In this document: positions 8,863-18,511 of the stretch, in pieces
How the letters are laid out: each line of letters begins with the position of its first letter
How positions within the stretch are numbered: position 1 is the stretch's first letter
NCBI GenBank assembly: GCA_003193925.1
Contig: PSPG01000001.1
Coordinates: forward strand, 32,001 to 96,000
DNA from: Candidatus Thalassarchaeum betae
GTDB lineage: Archaea > Thermoplasmatota > Poseidoniia > Poseidoniales > Thalassarchaeaceae
Reading direction: 5' to 3'
DNA: 64,000 bases
Program-made: the position numbers and the translations under genes
The notes under the pieces: model-generated
Databases searched by the model: none
What the model was told of the DNA's origin: nothing
Seen by the model: only the letters and a program-made list of their open reading frames with translations

Positions 8863-10308
8863 ATGGAGTCGTGGGACATCGTGGTTGTTGGAAGCGGCCC
8901 CGCCGCGCTGCGTGCGGCAATTGCAGCCGCAGATGCCGGCACCATACCTCTGATGATCGACTCTTCCGGTGTCGGGGCCGCCTCGGGCGCCGCTCCCCTC
9001 TCCGGCCTCGCGGCTTCCATCGACGAGGTCGATTCTACCGCTCACAGGGATGATACCGTCTCGGCGGGTGGAGACTCGACGGACAGGGTCGCAGCGGCTC
9101 GGACCTGCGGCGAGGCCGTCTCGGTCCTCGCCGAACTGGAAAGGTGGGGCCTGGTCCTGCGGCGCAGGGACGGCGGCCTGCCACACGCCTCCGAGGCACC
9201 AGGGCACAGCCGGGCCCGTCTGACCGGCTGTGGTGATGGTACCATCAGAGAAGTTACTCGCATCCTCGAGGAACAGGCGATCAAGAGGGGCATCCCCCGC
9301 CGCTCCGACCTCGTCCCACTGTCTCTGGCCATGGACAACCAGCAGGTGCGCGGCATTATCTCTCTCGACCTTCTGAGCGGAGCAGTTTCAGCCATTCAGG
9401 CCAAGGCCGTCGTCCTAGCGACGGAAGGCCACCAGGGCCTCTGGTCTTCGCCATTGAACGGTGCTGGAACCGGTGCCGCCATTGCCGCCGCCGCAGGCGT
9501 CGGACTGTCCGGTATGGCACACTCCTCGATGCACCCTCTCACTGTGAGAGACACGGACATGCAACTGCCGATTGAGCTGTTGAGCTCGGGTGGCAGGCTG
9601 TGCAAGGAGAGCGGAGACGACGTGGGCCCCGAAGCAGTCCTAGAGGGCGAGGATTGCGTACTCGACCTGCGTGGCTTGGAATCCGACGCTGCTCCTTGGT
9701 TCGCCGAGACTGCTAGACGGGTGAGAGAAAGGACGGGCTTGGACACTTCCGTGGAAGTGATACCGGTCTCGCCCAGCATCGCTGCCACCACCGGTGGCGC
9801 GCCCGTCGGAGAGGAGGGCAGAGTCACTTTCGACGACGGCAAGATGTGGTTCACTGGACTCTATGCTGCTGGGCGCTCTGCTAACACAGGCGTCCACGGA
9901 GCTGGAATGCTCCCGGGCAACCTACTGCTAGACGACCTCGTGAGCGGCCAGAGCGCTGGATCACACGCAGGAAACTGGGCCAAGGACGCTTCGTTCGGCG
10001 GCTCTTCAGTCGTTGACGCCGCTTCGAGCGAGGCTTCCGATAGAATCGCTTCACTATCCGCTGGTGCCGGCCACCCGGTTGGCCAGGTCTCAGCCAGCAT
10101 CTGCTCAATCATGCAGAATGTCAACGGCAACGGCGACGAGAGATCACTCGCCGCCGCCGCCCTCGACGAGATACGGGGCACCGGAATCAAGGTGTCCGAC
10201 GCTTCCAGCGTCATGAACACCGAGTTGACCACGGCACTGCATCTCGAGGGCTTGATGTTACTGGCCGATGCCATAGTCAGATCAGAGGGTCAGCATGAGC
10301 GAGCCTGA
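8863..10308 (+). CDS. SdhA/FrdA/NadB-family flavoprotein, degenerate
   Basis: DIVVVGSGPAALRAA Rossmann motif, GHSRAR, AKAVVLATEG, GLYAAG, GVHGA; catalytic motifs are altered. Confidence 0.8.
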   Translation: MESWDIVVVGSGPAALRAAIAAADAGTIPLMIDSSGVGAASGAAPLSGLAASIDEVDSTAHRDDTVSAGGDSTDRVAAARTCGEAVSVLAELERWGLVLRRRDGGLPHASEAPGHSRARLTGCGDGTIREVTRILEEQAIKRGIPRRSDLVPLSLAMDNQQVRGIISLDLLSGAVSAIQAKAVVLATEGHQGLWSSPLNGAGTGAAIAAAAGVGLSGMAHSSMHPLTVRDTDMQLPIELLSSGGRLCKESGDDVGPEAVLEGEDCVLDLRGLESDAAPWFAETARRVRERTGLDTSVEVIPVSPSIAATTGGAPVGEEGRVTFDDGKMWFTGLYAAGRSANTGVHGAGMLPGNLLLDDLVSGQSAGSHAGNWAKDASFGGSSVVDAASSEASDRIASLSAGAGHPVGQVSASICSIMQNVNGNGDERSLAAAALDEIRGTGIKVSDASSVMNTELTTALHLEGLMLLADAIVRSEGQHERA

Positions 10309-10720
10309 GCCGAGCATCTTCACCCTCATCATCCGAGGCGAGATACCCTGTCACAAGGTGTACGAGGACGAGCACGTCTTCGCCTTCCTCGACATCAACC
10401 CGTTCAGCCCCGGGCACACCCTTGTGGTCCCCAAGGAGCAGGCCATCACACTCGACGCCCTCTCCGACGAGTCCTCTGCGGCTATCGGAAGGGTTCTGCC
10501 GCGCATCTCGCAGGCCGTGCTCGCTGTCAGCGGGACGGTGGACTTCAACGTCCTGCAGAACAACGGCGAGGCCGCCTTCCAGTCGGTCTCCCACGTCCAC
10601 TTCCACATCATACCAAAGTCCGAAGACGGTAGCGGCCTCGCTTGGCCGTTCAAGAGCACTCAACTCGACCCCGACGAGGGAGCCCGTATGGCCGAGCAGA
10701 TACGCAACTATCTGGAATAG
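10295..10720 (+). CDS. HIT family nucleotide hydrolase (HinT-like)
   Basis: IPCHKVYED, AFLDINP, GHTLVVPK, HVHFHII histidine triad. Confidence 0.95.
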   Translation: MSEPEPSIFTLIIRGEIPCHKVYEDEHVFAFLDINPFSPGHTLVVPKEQAITLDALSDESSAAIGRVLPRISQAVLAVSGTVDFNVLQNNGEAAFQSVSHVHFHIIPKSEDGSGLAWPFKSTQLDPDEGARMAEQIRNYLE

Positions 10721-10788
10721 CATCGGTGCGTTCTCAATCAACCCCCTACTCGGCGTTCTCAAATAGGGCGGGTGCTCCAACTCTCTCC

Positions 10789-11421
10789 GTGAACGCCCGC
10801 GATGCCGCTTCCGCAGTCCGCGAATGGCTCCGGAGCGAACGCCTCGAGGCCCGCGACGTCGCAGACCAGCAGGCCATGCTGCACCTGCACGTCCGCTACC
10901 CTCCCACCAAGCAGGGCCACGTGTTCAATGTCGTCATCCCAAAGAATCGAAACCTCGTCCTAATCTACTCCGTCACCCGGGTCGACAACGGCCAGCAGAA
11001 GGAGATGAACAGCCACTCGGTGAACGACCCCGGAGAGTGGGAGAAGTGGCTGCACGAGATTAGGATCCACCTGACTCAGGCAGACTTGGACTGGGTTCTG
11101 CACGTCGGCAAGAAGCAAGAGGGGGTTCCTGGACCCCTGCAGGCGTTCAATCTCTCGAGGCCGGTCTGGTTCGACGGCCTGACCCAGAACGAGTTCATGC
11201 ACAATATGCGTCACCTCTGGCTCACCAAGCTCGCTCTGATTCACAAGATCAAGTTCGGGTATGGCTCAGGAGAGGGCAAGCCGGGCCCCGTCGACGACTG
11301 GATCGCCAAGAAGACCCAGAGCAGAGGCAACCAACCGCAGACTCACTCCGAGCCGACCGAGATCCACACCGACGAGACTGGTGGGTTCGGTCGTGACTTC
11401 GATCCATCCGAATGGGCTTGA
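10789..11421 (+). CDS. Archaeal hypothetical protein, DUF2299-like
   Basis: VREWL...LHVRYPP...FNVVIPK...FDGLTQNEFM resembles DUF2299; GTG start assumed. Confidence 0.6.
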   Translation: MNARDAASAVREWLRSERLEARDVADQQAMLHLHVRYPPTKQGHVFNVVIPKNRNLVLIYSVTRVDNGQQKEMNSHSVNDPGEWEKWLHEIRIHLTQADLDWVLHVGKKQEGVPGPLQAFNLSRPVWFDGLTQNEFMHNMRHLWLTKLALIHKIKFGYGSGEGKPGPVDDWIAKKTQSRGNQPQTHSEPTEIHTDETGGFGRDFDPSEWA

Positions 11422-11550
11422 GCAAGCGTTCCACTGCACGCGCTCTCGCGTGCGCATGTGACGGCTGGGGGTCGAGGTTAAGTATCGCAGGAAGGCGAAC
11501 AAGGACGATACAGCGGCGTTGCCGGAGGCTATGAAATGGAAACTGGAAAG

Positions 11551-14500
11551 ATGAGAAACAGCATAACGATGGTTCTTCTGATGATGATGAGCACGTTCGC
11601 GGTGATGGAATTCCCAAAAGCCGAGGCGAGCGAGGTCGTGCTGACCGACGCCATACAGATCGTCAACGGCGGCTCCGCCAATGACAAAATGGTCACCGCA
11701 GATGCCGATTCCATGGGCAATGTGCACATCGTGTGGAGCCGCAACACCCAGCACCTCTGGTACCAGATGCACAATCCGAGAGGGGACGTGCTGATTCTAG
11801 AGACCCAGATCTCCAACCCCGGAGCGCACCGAGCATGGCATCCCGACATCAGAGTCGATCACGACGACAACGTACACATCACCTGGACGGACAAGGCCGG
11901 TCAGTGGACGATCTTCTACACCATGCTCGATCCCTCGCAGGACGACCAGGACGGTGATTCCGCTGTGGACGCAGTGATAACGATCATCGACGACTTCGAG
12001 GTCTCGGTGCATACCCAGAACAGGGACTGGCCCGCCATTGACGTCGATTCCGAGAACAACGCCCACATCGTCTGGGAGGATTCGTTCGAGCCATTGGACA
12101 AGTACTACCAGCAGCCTCAGATTTACTACTCGATGATCGAGCCAGACCTGCAGTCCCGCGAAGCAATCGTGGCTGTCGGCGAGACGCTACTCACCCCAAT
12201 CATCGGCCACAAGGGCCACCCCGACGTGGCCGTGGACGCCGATGACTTCGTCCAGATCGTCTGGGACGATACCAGAGGCGGAAAGGTCGAGATCGTGGCA
12301 CCTATCGACACCTCCGGCTCGATGAACACCGAGTGGGCCGACATGTGCGTCGTCTTCTATGGCGGCTACTTCGCCAGCGGCGGCTTCTTCGAGGGCCTCA
12401 AGCCGATGCTTTTGAGAGCCAACATGACAGTCTACGAGACCCTCTACGCTCTCAGCGGCAACTGGCCGGCCGCTGCCACCAGCGGCAATTGCGCCGCTGC
12501 TTACCAGACCGGAGGCTCCGGTGGCCAGGGACCGCGTTCGACCCCCCTCGGGCTGGTTCCCGGAGACGACTCCGGCGGAATCAGGGAGCTGACTGAGGTA
12601 GTCTACAACGGCGGCGCAGTCAATCTGCCTCAGGATGGTGGCTACTACAGCGAATTCTGGGGCCCCGGCTCCAATTGGGCTTGTTTGTCGTGGCGAGACG
12701 CCCAAGGCAACGTCCCAGGCAATCCTCCGACCCAGTTGGATCACCACTGGAATCCCAACGCGACCAAGATCGTCATCCCGATCTCCGACGAGGGCCCGTA
12801 CGGCGGCGACCCCGCGCAGCAGTCAGATGACACCCAGAGCATCAACGAGGCTCACGACGCCTGCGTCATCGCCGGCATCATCCCGGTCCCACTGCTCGCT
12901 GCCGGATTCGGGGCTGGCTCCACAAACGTCGGCTCCCACATGATGGACCTCGCCCAGTGCCCGAACGGCTTCATCAGCCTAGGCACGAGGACATGCCCCG
13001 GGACCAACACGCGTCTGACCGATGCCGAGGGGATGATGTACAGCTTCCCGACGTCCTCTTCGAACTCGGCCGAGTTGCAGCTGATGGTCGAAGCCATGGT
13101 CTACCTGTCCACGAACAACTCGCGAGAGATATTCATGACAGTTCTAGACCCCCTCTCCCTCCTGCAGAACCCGCCTCCGACTTGGCAGAAGGGCGACTCG
13201 GGAACCTTCGTCGACTACACTGCTGACAGGTACATCGAGGACATCGGCCCATCCATCGACGGCCTCGGCTACGGCAACCTGGTTGTTGTCAACGACACCA
13301 GAATCACCCTCAACGACGCCTACAGCCTCCATCCGGCGATTTCGGTCGACACCTCCGGCAACACCCACCTCGCTTGGATGGACGGGCGCGCCTACGGCTT
13401 CGACATCGACGTCAATTACGAAATCTACTACACCCGTCTGCGACTGAGGGGAGCGGGCGAGTGGGATGGCGCCCCGGACGGACTGCCTTCCTACGGAATC
13501 AAGCAGATTGTCGATTCGGCGGTCTCCGAAGTCGAGGGAATCGACGGGATCCCGACGGACCTGCCGTTCGGAGCCAATTCGCACATGCCTGCGATAATCA
13601 CGGACTCGTTCGACAACGTGCACCTCTCGTGGCTGGACAATTACAATGGGACTCAGGGTGAGACCGTCGTCTACACTAAGCTAAACCACACCAACGACGA
13701 CTACCCCGAAGGCTTCCCGCTGAACTCACTCGCAGCCGGCATCCTCGACCCGTGGGAGATCATCCCCATCACCGAGTGGCAGTCTGACAAACTGGGCCCG
13801 AACTCTCCGGCCGTCCCCGACCTCGGCCAGCCCCCGGCATTCGCCAATGACCTAGGCAGCGGGGCCCACATCGCTTGGTCAGACACCAACAAGTGCAGCG
13901 AAATAAGCAACGGCGGCTCCTACACGCTGTGCTACGTACACGTCCTGACCGGTCTCGTCGAGGTCGCCCTCGACGAGACCGAGACCTACTACCACACTAT
14001 CGAGCCCGGCGAGCAGACTCTGTACAACATGACGATCTCGAACCCGACCCCCGGGCCGGCAGAACTGGTCGCCGACACGTTCACCGTGACCCTGGAGGGG
14101 GTCCCTAACAACTGGACCGCTACTCTGTTCTTCACCACGAATCACACACCGATATTCGACTCTACTCCGGTATTCCTCCGAGGAGGTGACGTGGTTCCGA
14201 TGTACATGCGTGTCCGCGCTCCGTCAATCTATCAGGCGCACGGCGACGAGTTGGCAACGATTACGGTGTCTGCAGTGTCCTACAAGGACCCAGCCATACG
14301 AGACGAGAGGCTCACGCTGACGCTGATGGACGTGGTACATGGCATCAACCTCGATACCAGCCACTTCCAGGTCGATGTCGAACAGGGGCAGTCCGCGATA
14401 TTCTCGATTACGGTGACGAATACAGGGAACGTGTACGATACCTTCGCCTTCTACGATCCATCCACTTTAGAGGGTCAGGTCGAATGGGCCCTGCCATTCG

Positions 14501-16617
14501 GTTGGGGGATCTCCTTCCCGACCTCGTTATCTTTAGACCCGGGTCAGTCGATAACACGCAACCTGCAGATCAGTGTACCCACCTCCCAGGAGCCGGGGAC
14601 CTTCGTAATCTACCTGAAGGGATGGTCCACTGGAGAGCCTGTGCTGTCCATCGACCAAGGGACCTTCGACGTCCTCGAGCTGTGGATCAATGTCTCGATC
14701 AAGAGCACCGGCAACATCGTGTTCCAACTGGGTGACACCACCCAGTACGTTTTGCCTGGCGACTGCTCGGAATTCGATATACAAGTCACCAAGCACTTCA
14801 CTCCCGGTCACCTGATATTCACCACACCCGGAGGCCCTGAGGAAAGGCCTCCGGAGATCTCCGAGCAGACATGGAGATTCGACCACTGGACCGTCGACTT
14901 GGACTTCTCCGAAGCACCGGGAGGCAATGGGATACCCGATTACTCACCTCGTTACTGGTCCATAATCGACACACCGTTCACGGTCACGGCAATCATGTGC
15001 GCGCCGTACAACGCCACTGCCGGCTTGGGTGACTCGGTCTCTGTGAAGGCCCATCTCCAAGGCGCGCCACGCGTACGCGACTCCGTGGTCCTGCTGACGA
15101 ACGTGGTTCAGGAGTACATCCTCGAGGCGAGCGTCCCCGAGACCATACTCGCATTGCACCCAGGGCAGTCCTATCAGCTGGATACCACCGTCGAGAACAA
15201 GGGCAACGGGGCCGACAGATACGACATCACCGTGGCCTCGATTACCGATTCGTTCGGAGGCTCGCACGTCTGGGACGTAGAAATCCCAAGGATACTGTTC
15301 CAAGAGCTGGATCGTGACGAATCGCAGACCGTCCCAATCCTCCTCAACGTTCCCGAGATGACCCATGCAGGCCAGTACACTGTGATTCTGAATGTCCTCA
15401 GCGAGGAGGCCTACGAGGGCACTAAACTGCGTGACACCATCGAGTTGCAAGTCGAGGTCGTGGAGTTCCACGACATGAGGATCGAAGTCGATCCGTTGGT
15501 CGAGAGTCGAATCAAGACGACTGCTCCCGGTAGAATCGTCAGATTCACCATGAACGTCACCAATTTCGGCAACATGCCCGACCAGCCCACTCTGCACAAC
15601 CACACGATAGTCATCGGCGCGGGCTGGGACACCGTGCCCGGCATGAACACGCTGAGCGACTGGCAGATTTCCTTCGCACTGCTCGAGGACTTCAACACGG
15701 AGTACCCGACCGAGAAGCCCTGCGTCGCTCTGATGCTGGGCGATCAGGTACCTACCGAGGGTTGCTACCTCGATGCGACTACCAACGCTGTCACCCTGCC
15801 AATGATGGAGGCATACTCCACTCTGCAAATCGTCGTGATAATCGCAATCGACCCAACCGCGTCTCTGTCTAACAGGGAGATTGGAATCAAAGTCCTCTCG
15901 TCATTCGGCTCGGCTGAAGCCGGAGGAGACTACGACGAGACCGCGGTGTGGGACGACTCCTGCACACTCGACGAGAACAAGGACGGACTCCCGGACAACT
16001 ACCCCCCGAACTGCGATACCAACGAGCAAATCGTCGAGTTGCGCCTGCGAGCGCCGGATTTGAAGATACTCGATGTTGATGTGGTGACCTATACCGGCGA
16101 TGTCGGAGAGATGCTATCGGTGAACGTACAAGTCGTCAACGTTGGCAACGCGCACGCCACAAACGTCAACATAATCCTCTGCGTCGACCAGTCTAAGTCC
16201 GACATCAAGAAGAACGGATGTGACGAGGGGAACATCGTCTACCGCCAGATCGTCCAAGCTATCATGCCTGCAAATGATGAGGATCCACCTCTAATCGCCC
16301 TACTGTACATGGTCCAGGCCGGCAGGCACGATGTCGTCGTCGTGGTCGACCCAGACAATGTGATCGTTGAGACCGACGAGACCAACAACATTCAGAAGGT
16401 CTCTAAGAAGATGGGCTCCAATCTGGGCATTCTGGATGTCGGCATCGAAGTCATTGCTCAGTACTCCGTACCGGCCATCATCCTCGGTGCCACCTTCGCC
16501 CTGATTGGCGTTGTCGGCGTGGTGATGTACGGACGCAGGATAGAGGCTCTCACTAGGTTCGCCGAGAAGAGCAGCCTAATCGCCAACCTCGACGACGACG
16601 ATGACATGGTCTTCTGA
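11551..16617 (+). CDS. Large secreted, C-terminally anchored surface protein: propeller-like repeats, vWA domain, COG1470/NEW3 Ig-like repeats, CARDB, TM helix
   Basis: Signal peptide; seven D-x3-N-x-H-[IL]-x-W-type repeats; IDTSGS MIDAS with IVIPISDE; TNTGNVYDTF/ENKGNGADRY repeats; VDPDNVIVETDETNN (CARDB); TM helix then an acidic tail. Confidence 0.88.
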   Translation: MRNSITMVLLMMMSTFAVMEFPKAEASEVVLTDAIQIVNGGSANDKMVTADADSMGNVHIVWSRNTQHLWYQMHNPRGDVLILETQISNPGAHRAWHPDIRVDHDDNVHITWTDKAGQWTIFYTMLDPSQDDQDGDSAVDAVITIIDDFEVSVHTQNRDWPAIDVDSENNAHIVWEDSFEPLDKYYQQPQIYYSMIEPDLQSREAIVAVGETLLTPIIGHKGHPDVAVDADDFVQIVWDDTRGGKVEIVAPIDTSGSMNTEWADMCVVFYGGYFASGGFFEGLKPMLLRANMTVYETLYALSGNWPAAATSGNCAAAYQTGGSGGQGPRSTPLGLVPGDDSGGIRELTEVVYNGGAVNLPQDGGYYSEFWGPGSNWACLSWRDAQGNVPGNPPTQLDHHWNPNATKIVIPISDEGPYGGDPAQQSDDTQSINEAHDACVIAGIIPVPLLAAGFGAGSTNVGSHMMDLAQCPNGFISLGTRTCPGTNTRLTDAEGMMYSFPTSSSNSAELQLMVEAMVYLSTNNSREIFMTVLDPLSLLQNPPPTWQKGDSGTFVDYTADRYIEDIGPSIDGLGYGNLVVVNDTRITLNDAYSLHPAISVDTSGNTHLAWMDGRAYGFDIDVNYEIYYTRLRLRGAGEWDGAPDGLPSYGIKQIVDSAVSEVEGIDGIPTDLPFGANSHMPAIITDSFDNVHLSWLDNYNGTQGETVVYTKLNHTNDDYPEGFPLNSLAAGILDPWEIIPITEWQSDKLGPNSPAVPDLGQPPAFANDLGSGAHIAWSDTNKCSEISNGGSYTLCYVHVLTGLVEVALDETETYYHTIEPGEQTLYNMTISNPTPGPAELVADTFTVTLEGVPNNWTATLFFTTNHTPIFDSTPVFLRGGDVVPMYMRVRAPSIYQAHGDELATITVSAVSYKDPAIRDERLTLTLMDVVHGINLDTSHFQVDVEQGQSAIFSITVTNTGNVYDTFAFYDPSTLEGQVEWALPFGWGISFPTSLSLDPGQSITRNLQISVPTSQEPGTFVIYLKGWSTGEPVLSIDQGTFDVLELWINVSIKSTGNIVFQLGDTTQYVLPGDCSEFDIQVTKHFTPGHLIFTTPGGPEERPPEISEQTWRFDHWTVDLDFSEAPGGNGIPDYSPRYWSIIDTPFTVTAIMCAPYNATAGLGDSVSVKAHLQGAPRVRDSVVLLTNVVQEYILEASVPETILALHPGQSYQLDTTVENKGNGADRYDITVASITDSFGGSHVWDVEIPRILFQELDRDESQTVPILLNVPEMTHAGQYTVILNVLSEEAYEGTKLRDTIELQVEVVEFHDMRIEVDPLVESRIKTTAPGRIVRFTMNVTNFGNMPDQPTLHNHTIVIGAGWDTVPGMNTLSDWQISFALLEDFNTEYPTEKPCVALMLGDQVPTEGCYLDATTNAVTLPMMEAYSTLQIVVIIAIDPTASLSNREIGIKVLSSFGSAEAGGDYDETAVWDDSCTLDENKDGLPDNYPPNCDTNEQIVELRLRAPDLKILDVDVVTYTGDVGEMLSVNVQVVNVGNAHATNVNIILCVDQSKSDIKKNGCDEGNIVYRQIVQAIMPANDEDPPLIALLYMVQAGRHDVVVVVDPDNVIVETDETNNIQKVSKKMGSNLGILDVGIEVIAQYSVPAIILGATFALIGVVGVVMYGRRIEALTRFAEKSSLIANLDDDDDMVF

Positions 16618-16620
16618 GAC

Positions 16621-17358
16621 TCAGCGCGCCAGCCACCAAGGCAGCGGCGTGCCCTCGCGGGCCGCCACGAGCCTGCCTTGGCTGGCTGCGAAGTCGCGCA
16701 TCAGTCGCTCGCGCAGGCTCTCCATCATCTCCTCGGCGCGCATCGACTGGATGCGGAGCCTCTGGGAGAATATGTCCAGGTCCAAGGGTCTGCGAGGTTG
16801 GTTCATGATGGCATGCGCAAGCTGCCTCTCCTCGTAAGACTCCGAGTGCTCCGAAATGCTCGGCGAGACCTTGCGCATGACCTGCTGGTGCAGAGCGATC
16901 ACAGCATCCCTATGCTCGTCTATGCGCTCTAGGGCCGAATCAAGCTCGGCTAGGATCCCGATAGCCTCGACCATAGGCAGTTTACGCCGGGTGCCTAGTC
17001 GGTCAACGACGCTGTCCAATTCCCTCGGAAGCCTGTGAGACAGGCGCATTGGACCTCCGGCTGGTATCTTCCTGTGCTCTGCGCGGAACAAGTCGGGACC
17101 GAGGTCAAGGCGCAGGGAGAACGATTGGTCGACCTTGTACATCTTCTTCGGAGGCCCTCCCTTCTCAGAGGGAACACGCTCGGAATCGACGAATTCGGAT
17201 TCCTCCAAGACTTTGAGGTGCTTGACGACCGCCTGCTGGCTCACATCCAGCAACTCGGAGAGTTGTAGGGGGTAGTGAGGCTCCTTCACCAATCGTCTCA
17301 GAATCTGGCGACGAGTCGGGTTCTCCAGTATCGTGAGTGCCTCGTCGAAACTGACCAC
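16621..17358 (-). CDS. ArsR-family winged-HTH transcriptional regulator
   Basis: LENPTRRQILRRL...YPLQLS...VSQQAVVKHLKVLE...GPPKKMY, followed by a coiled-coil-like segment. Confidence 0.88.
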   Translation of the reverse strand: MVSFDEALTILENPTRRQILRRLVKEPHYPLQLSELLDVSQQAVVKHLKVLEESEFVDSERVPSEKGGPPKKMYKVDQSFSLRLDLGPDLFRAEHRKIPAGGPMRLSHRLPRELDSVVDRLGTRRKLPMVEAIGILAELDSALERIDEHRDAVIALHQQVMRKVSPSISEHSESYEERQLAHAIMNQPRRPLDLDIFSQRLRIQSMRAEEMMESLRERLMRDFAASQGRLVAAREGTPLPWWLAR

Positions 17359-17447
17359 TGGCTTCCCAACCTAAGGTTGGGTAGTCGAAGGCCATTAAAA
17401 ACCCAACTTGAGCATAGGATAATATCTGACGAACTAGTAAAACTGCC

Positions 17448-17741
17448 ATGGGAACCGGGAAGACGGTAATAGTCACAGTACTAGTCATCGCAGGATTGCT
17501 GATGCTGGCTTTGTCCTTTGTTGCTTCAATAATAGTTGATAACATTGATCAGAGGATTGCAGATGGATGCGAAGACGAGGCAGGCACAATTGGAGAAGCT
17601 CTCAATCTTGATGAGGGCCAGTGTCAAGACGGTCGCGACATGAGAGACAAAATTGATCCCTTTGGTCAGATGATTGGCTATCTAGGCGCGGCAGTTCTTG
17701 TGATATCAGTGATCATGGTCGCAATCAGGAAGAAGCAGTAA
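17448..17741 (+). CDS. Small 2-TM membrane protein with low GC
   Basis: 97-aa ORF with two hydrophobic helices around an acidic loop containing two Cys; AT-rich relative to its flanks. Confidence 0.7.
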   Translation: MGTGKTVIVTVLVIAGLLMLALSFVASIIVDNIDQRIADGCEDEAGTIGEALNLDEGQCQDGRDMRDKIDPFGQMIGYLGAAVLVISVIMVAIRKKQ

Positions 17742-18473
17742 TCAGCCTTCGTCCCAGCCGCGCCAGTCTGATTTCTCTTCCTCTCGCTGAGGCTCATCAG
17801 CGACCGGAACCTGACCCACGAATGGATCGGGAACGTCCCGCTCTACCTCGCTTTGGGGCAGGCCGCGATACTCCCGGTACAGCTCGTCTGTGGTGGGAAG
17901 CCTGCCTTCGGAGGGGATGATTACCGGAGAGCCGCCCTTCTTGGCGCGCCTCCAATCGATGATGGCCAGAAAGAGAGCCACCCCTGCAAGTGGCAGCCCC
18001 AAGGAGCAGCCGAGAAACATCAACACGAACCAACGATCCTTGAACAGCGCGGCTCCCGCCGAAACGTCGTCTACCAGCCACAGGGTGGAATCACCGTCAT
18101 TATGCAGTGTGTATGTACCCGCCTCAATTGCTGTGAATACTCTGACTGGCATGTAACTGGTCCCGTTCTCAGTGACACGCTTTGCTTCCCAGACACCCGG
18201 AGTCGCACCCTCCTCTTCCTCTCCGGTGCTGTTGAGTAGCCTTAGCTCAGCCTCACCACCTCCCTCGATTCGCAGAGCGACATACTTCCCAGTCTCAGTC
18301 AGAGACACCTCACCGCTCTGCCCAGCCTCCAACTCCAAGAGGTGATTTTGCCCTGGATCCAGATTGTCATAGATCGAAGCCTCCGCTTGCCAGAGGGATA
18401 TGACACCGATTAACAGCAGAAGGAAGGAAGCCCCAGCGAGACGCTTCGCCCAACGCATCGCTCCCCCGGTCAC
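17742..18473 (-). CDS. Hypothetical membrane protein
   Basis: N-terminal signal/TM helix, beta-rich external domain, second TM helix, acidic tail. Confidence 0.72.
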   Translation of the reverse strand: MTGGAMRWAKRLAGASFLLLLIGVISLWQAEASIYDNLDPGQNHLLELEAGQSGEVSLTETGKYVALRIEGGGEAELRLLNSTGEEEEGATPGVWEAKRVTENGTSYMPVRVFTAIEAGTYTLHNDGDSTLWLVDDVSAGAALFKDRWFVLMFLGCSLGLPLAGVALFLAIIDWRRAKKGGSPVIIPSEGRLPTTDELYREYRGLPQSEVERDVPDPFVGQVPVADEPQREEEKSDWRGWDEG

Positions 18474-18511
18474 GTAGCGAGGTGATGGCGTTGCGCTATC
18501 AGGCTTCTCAA

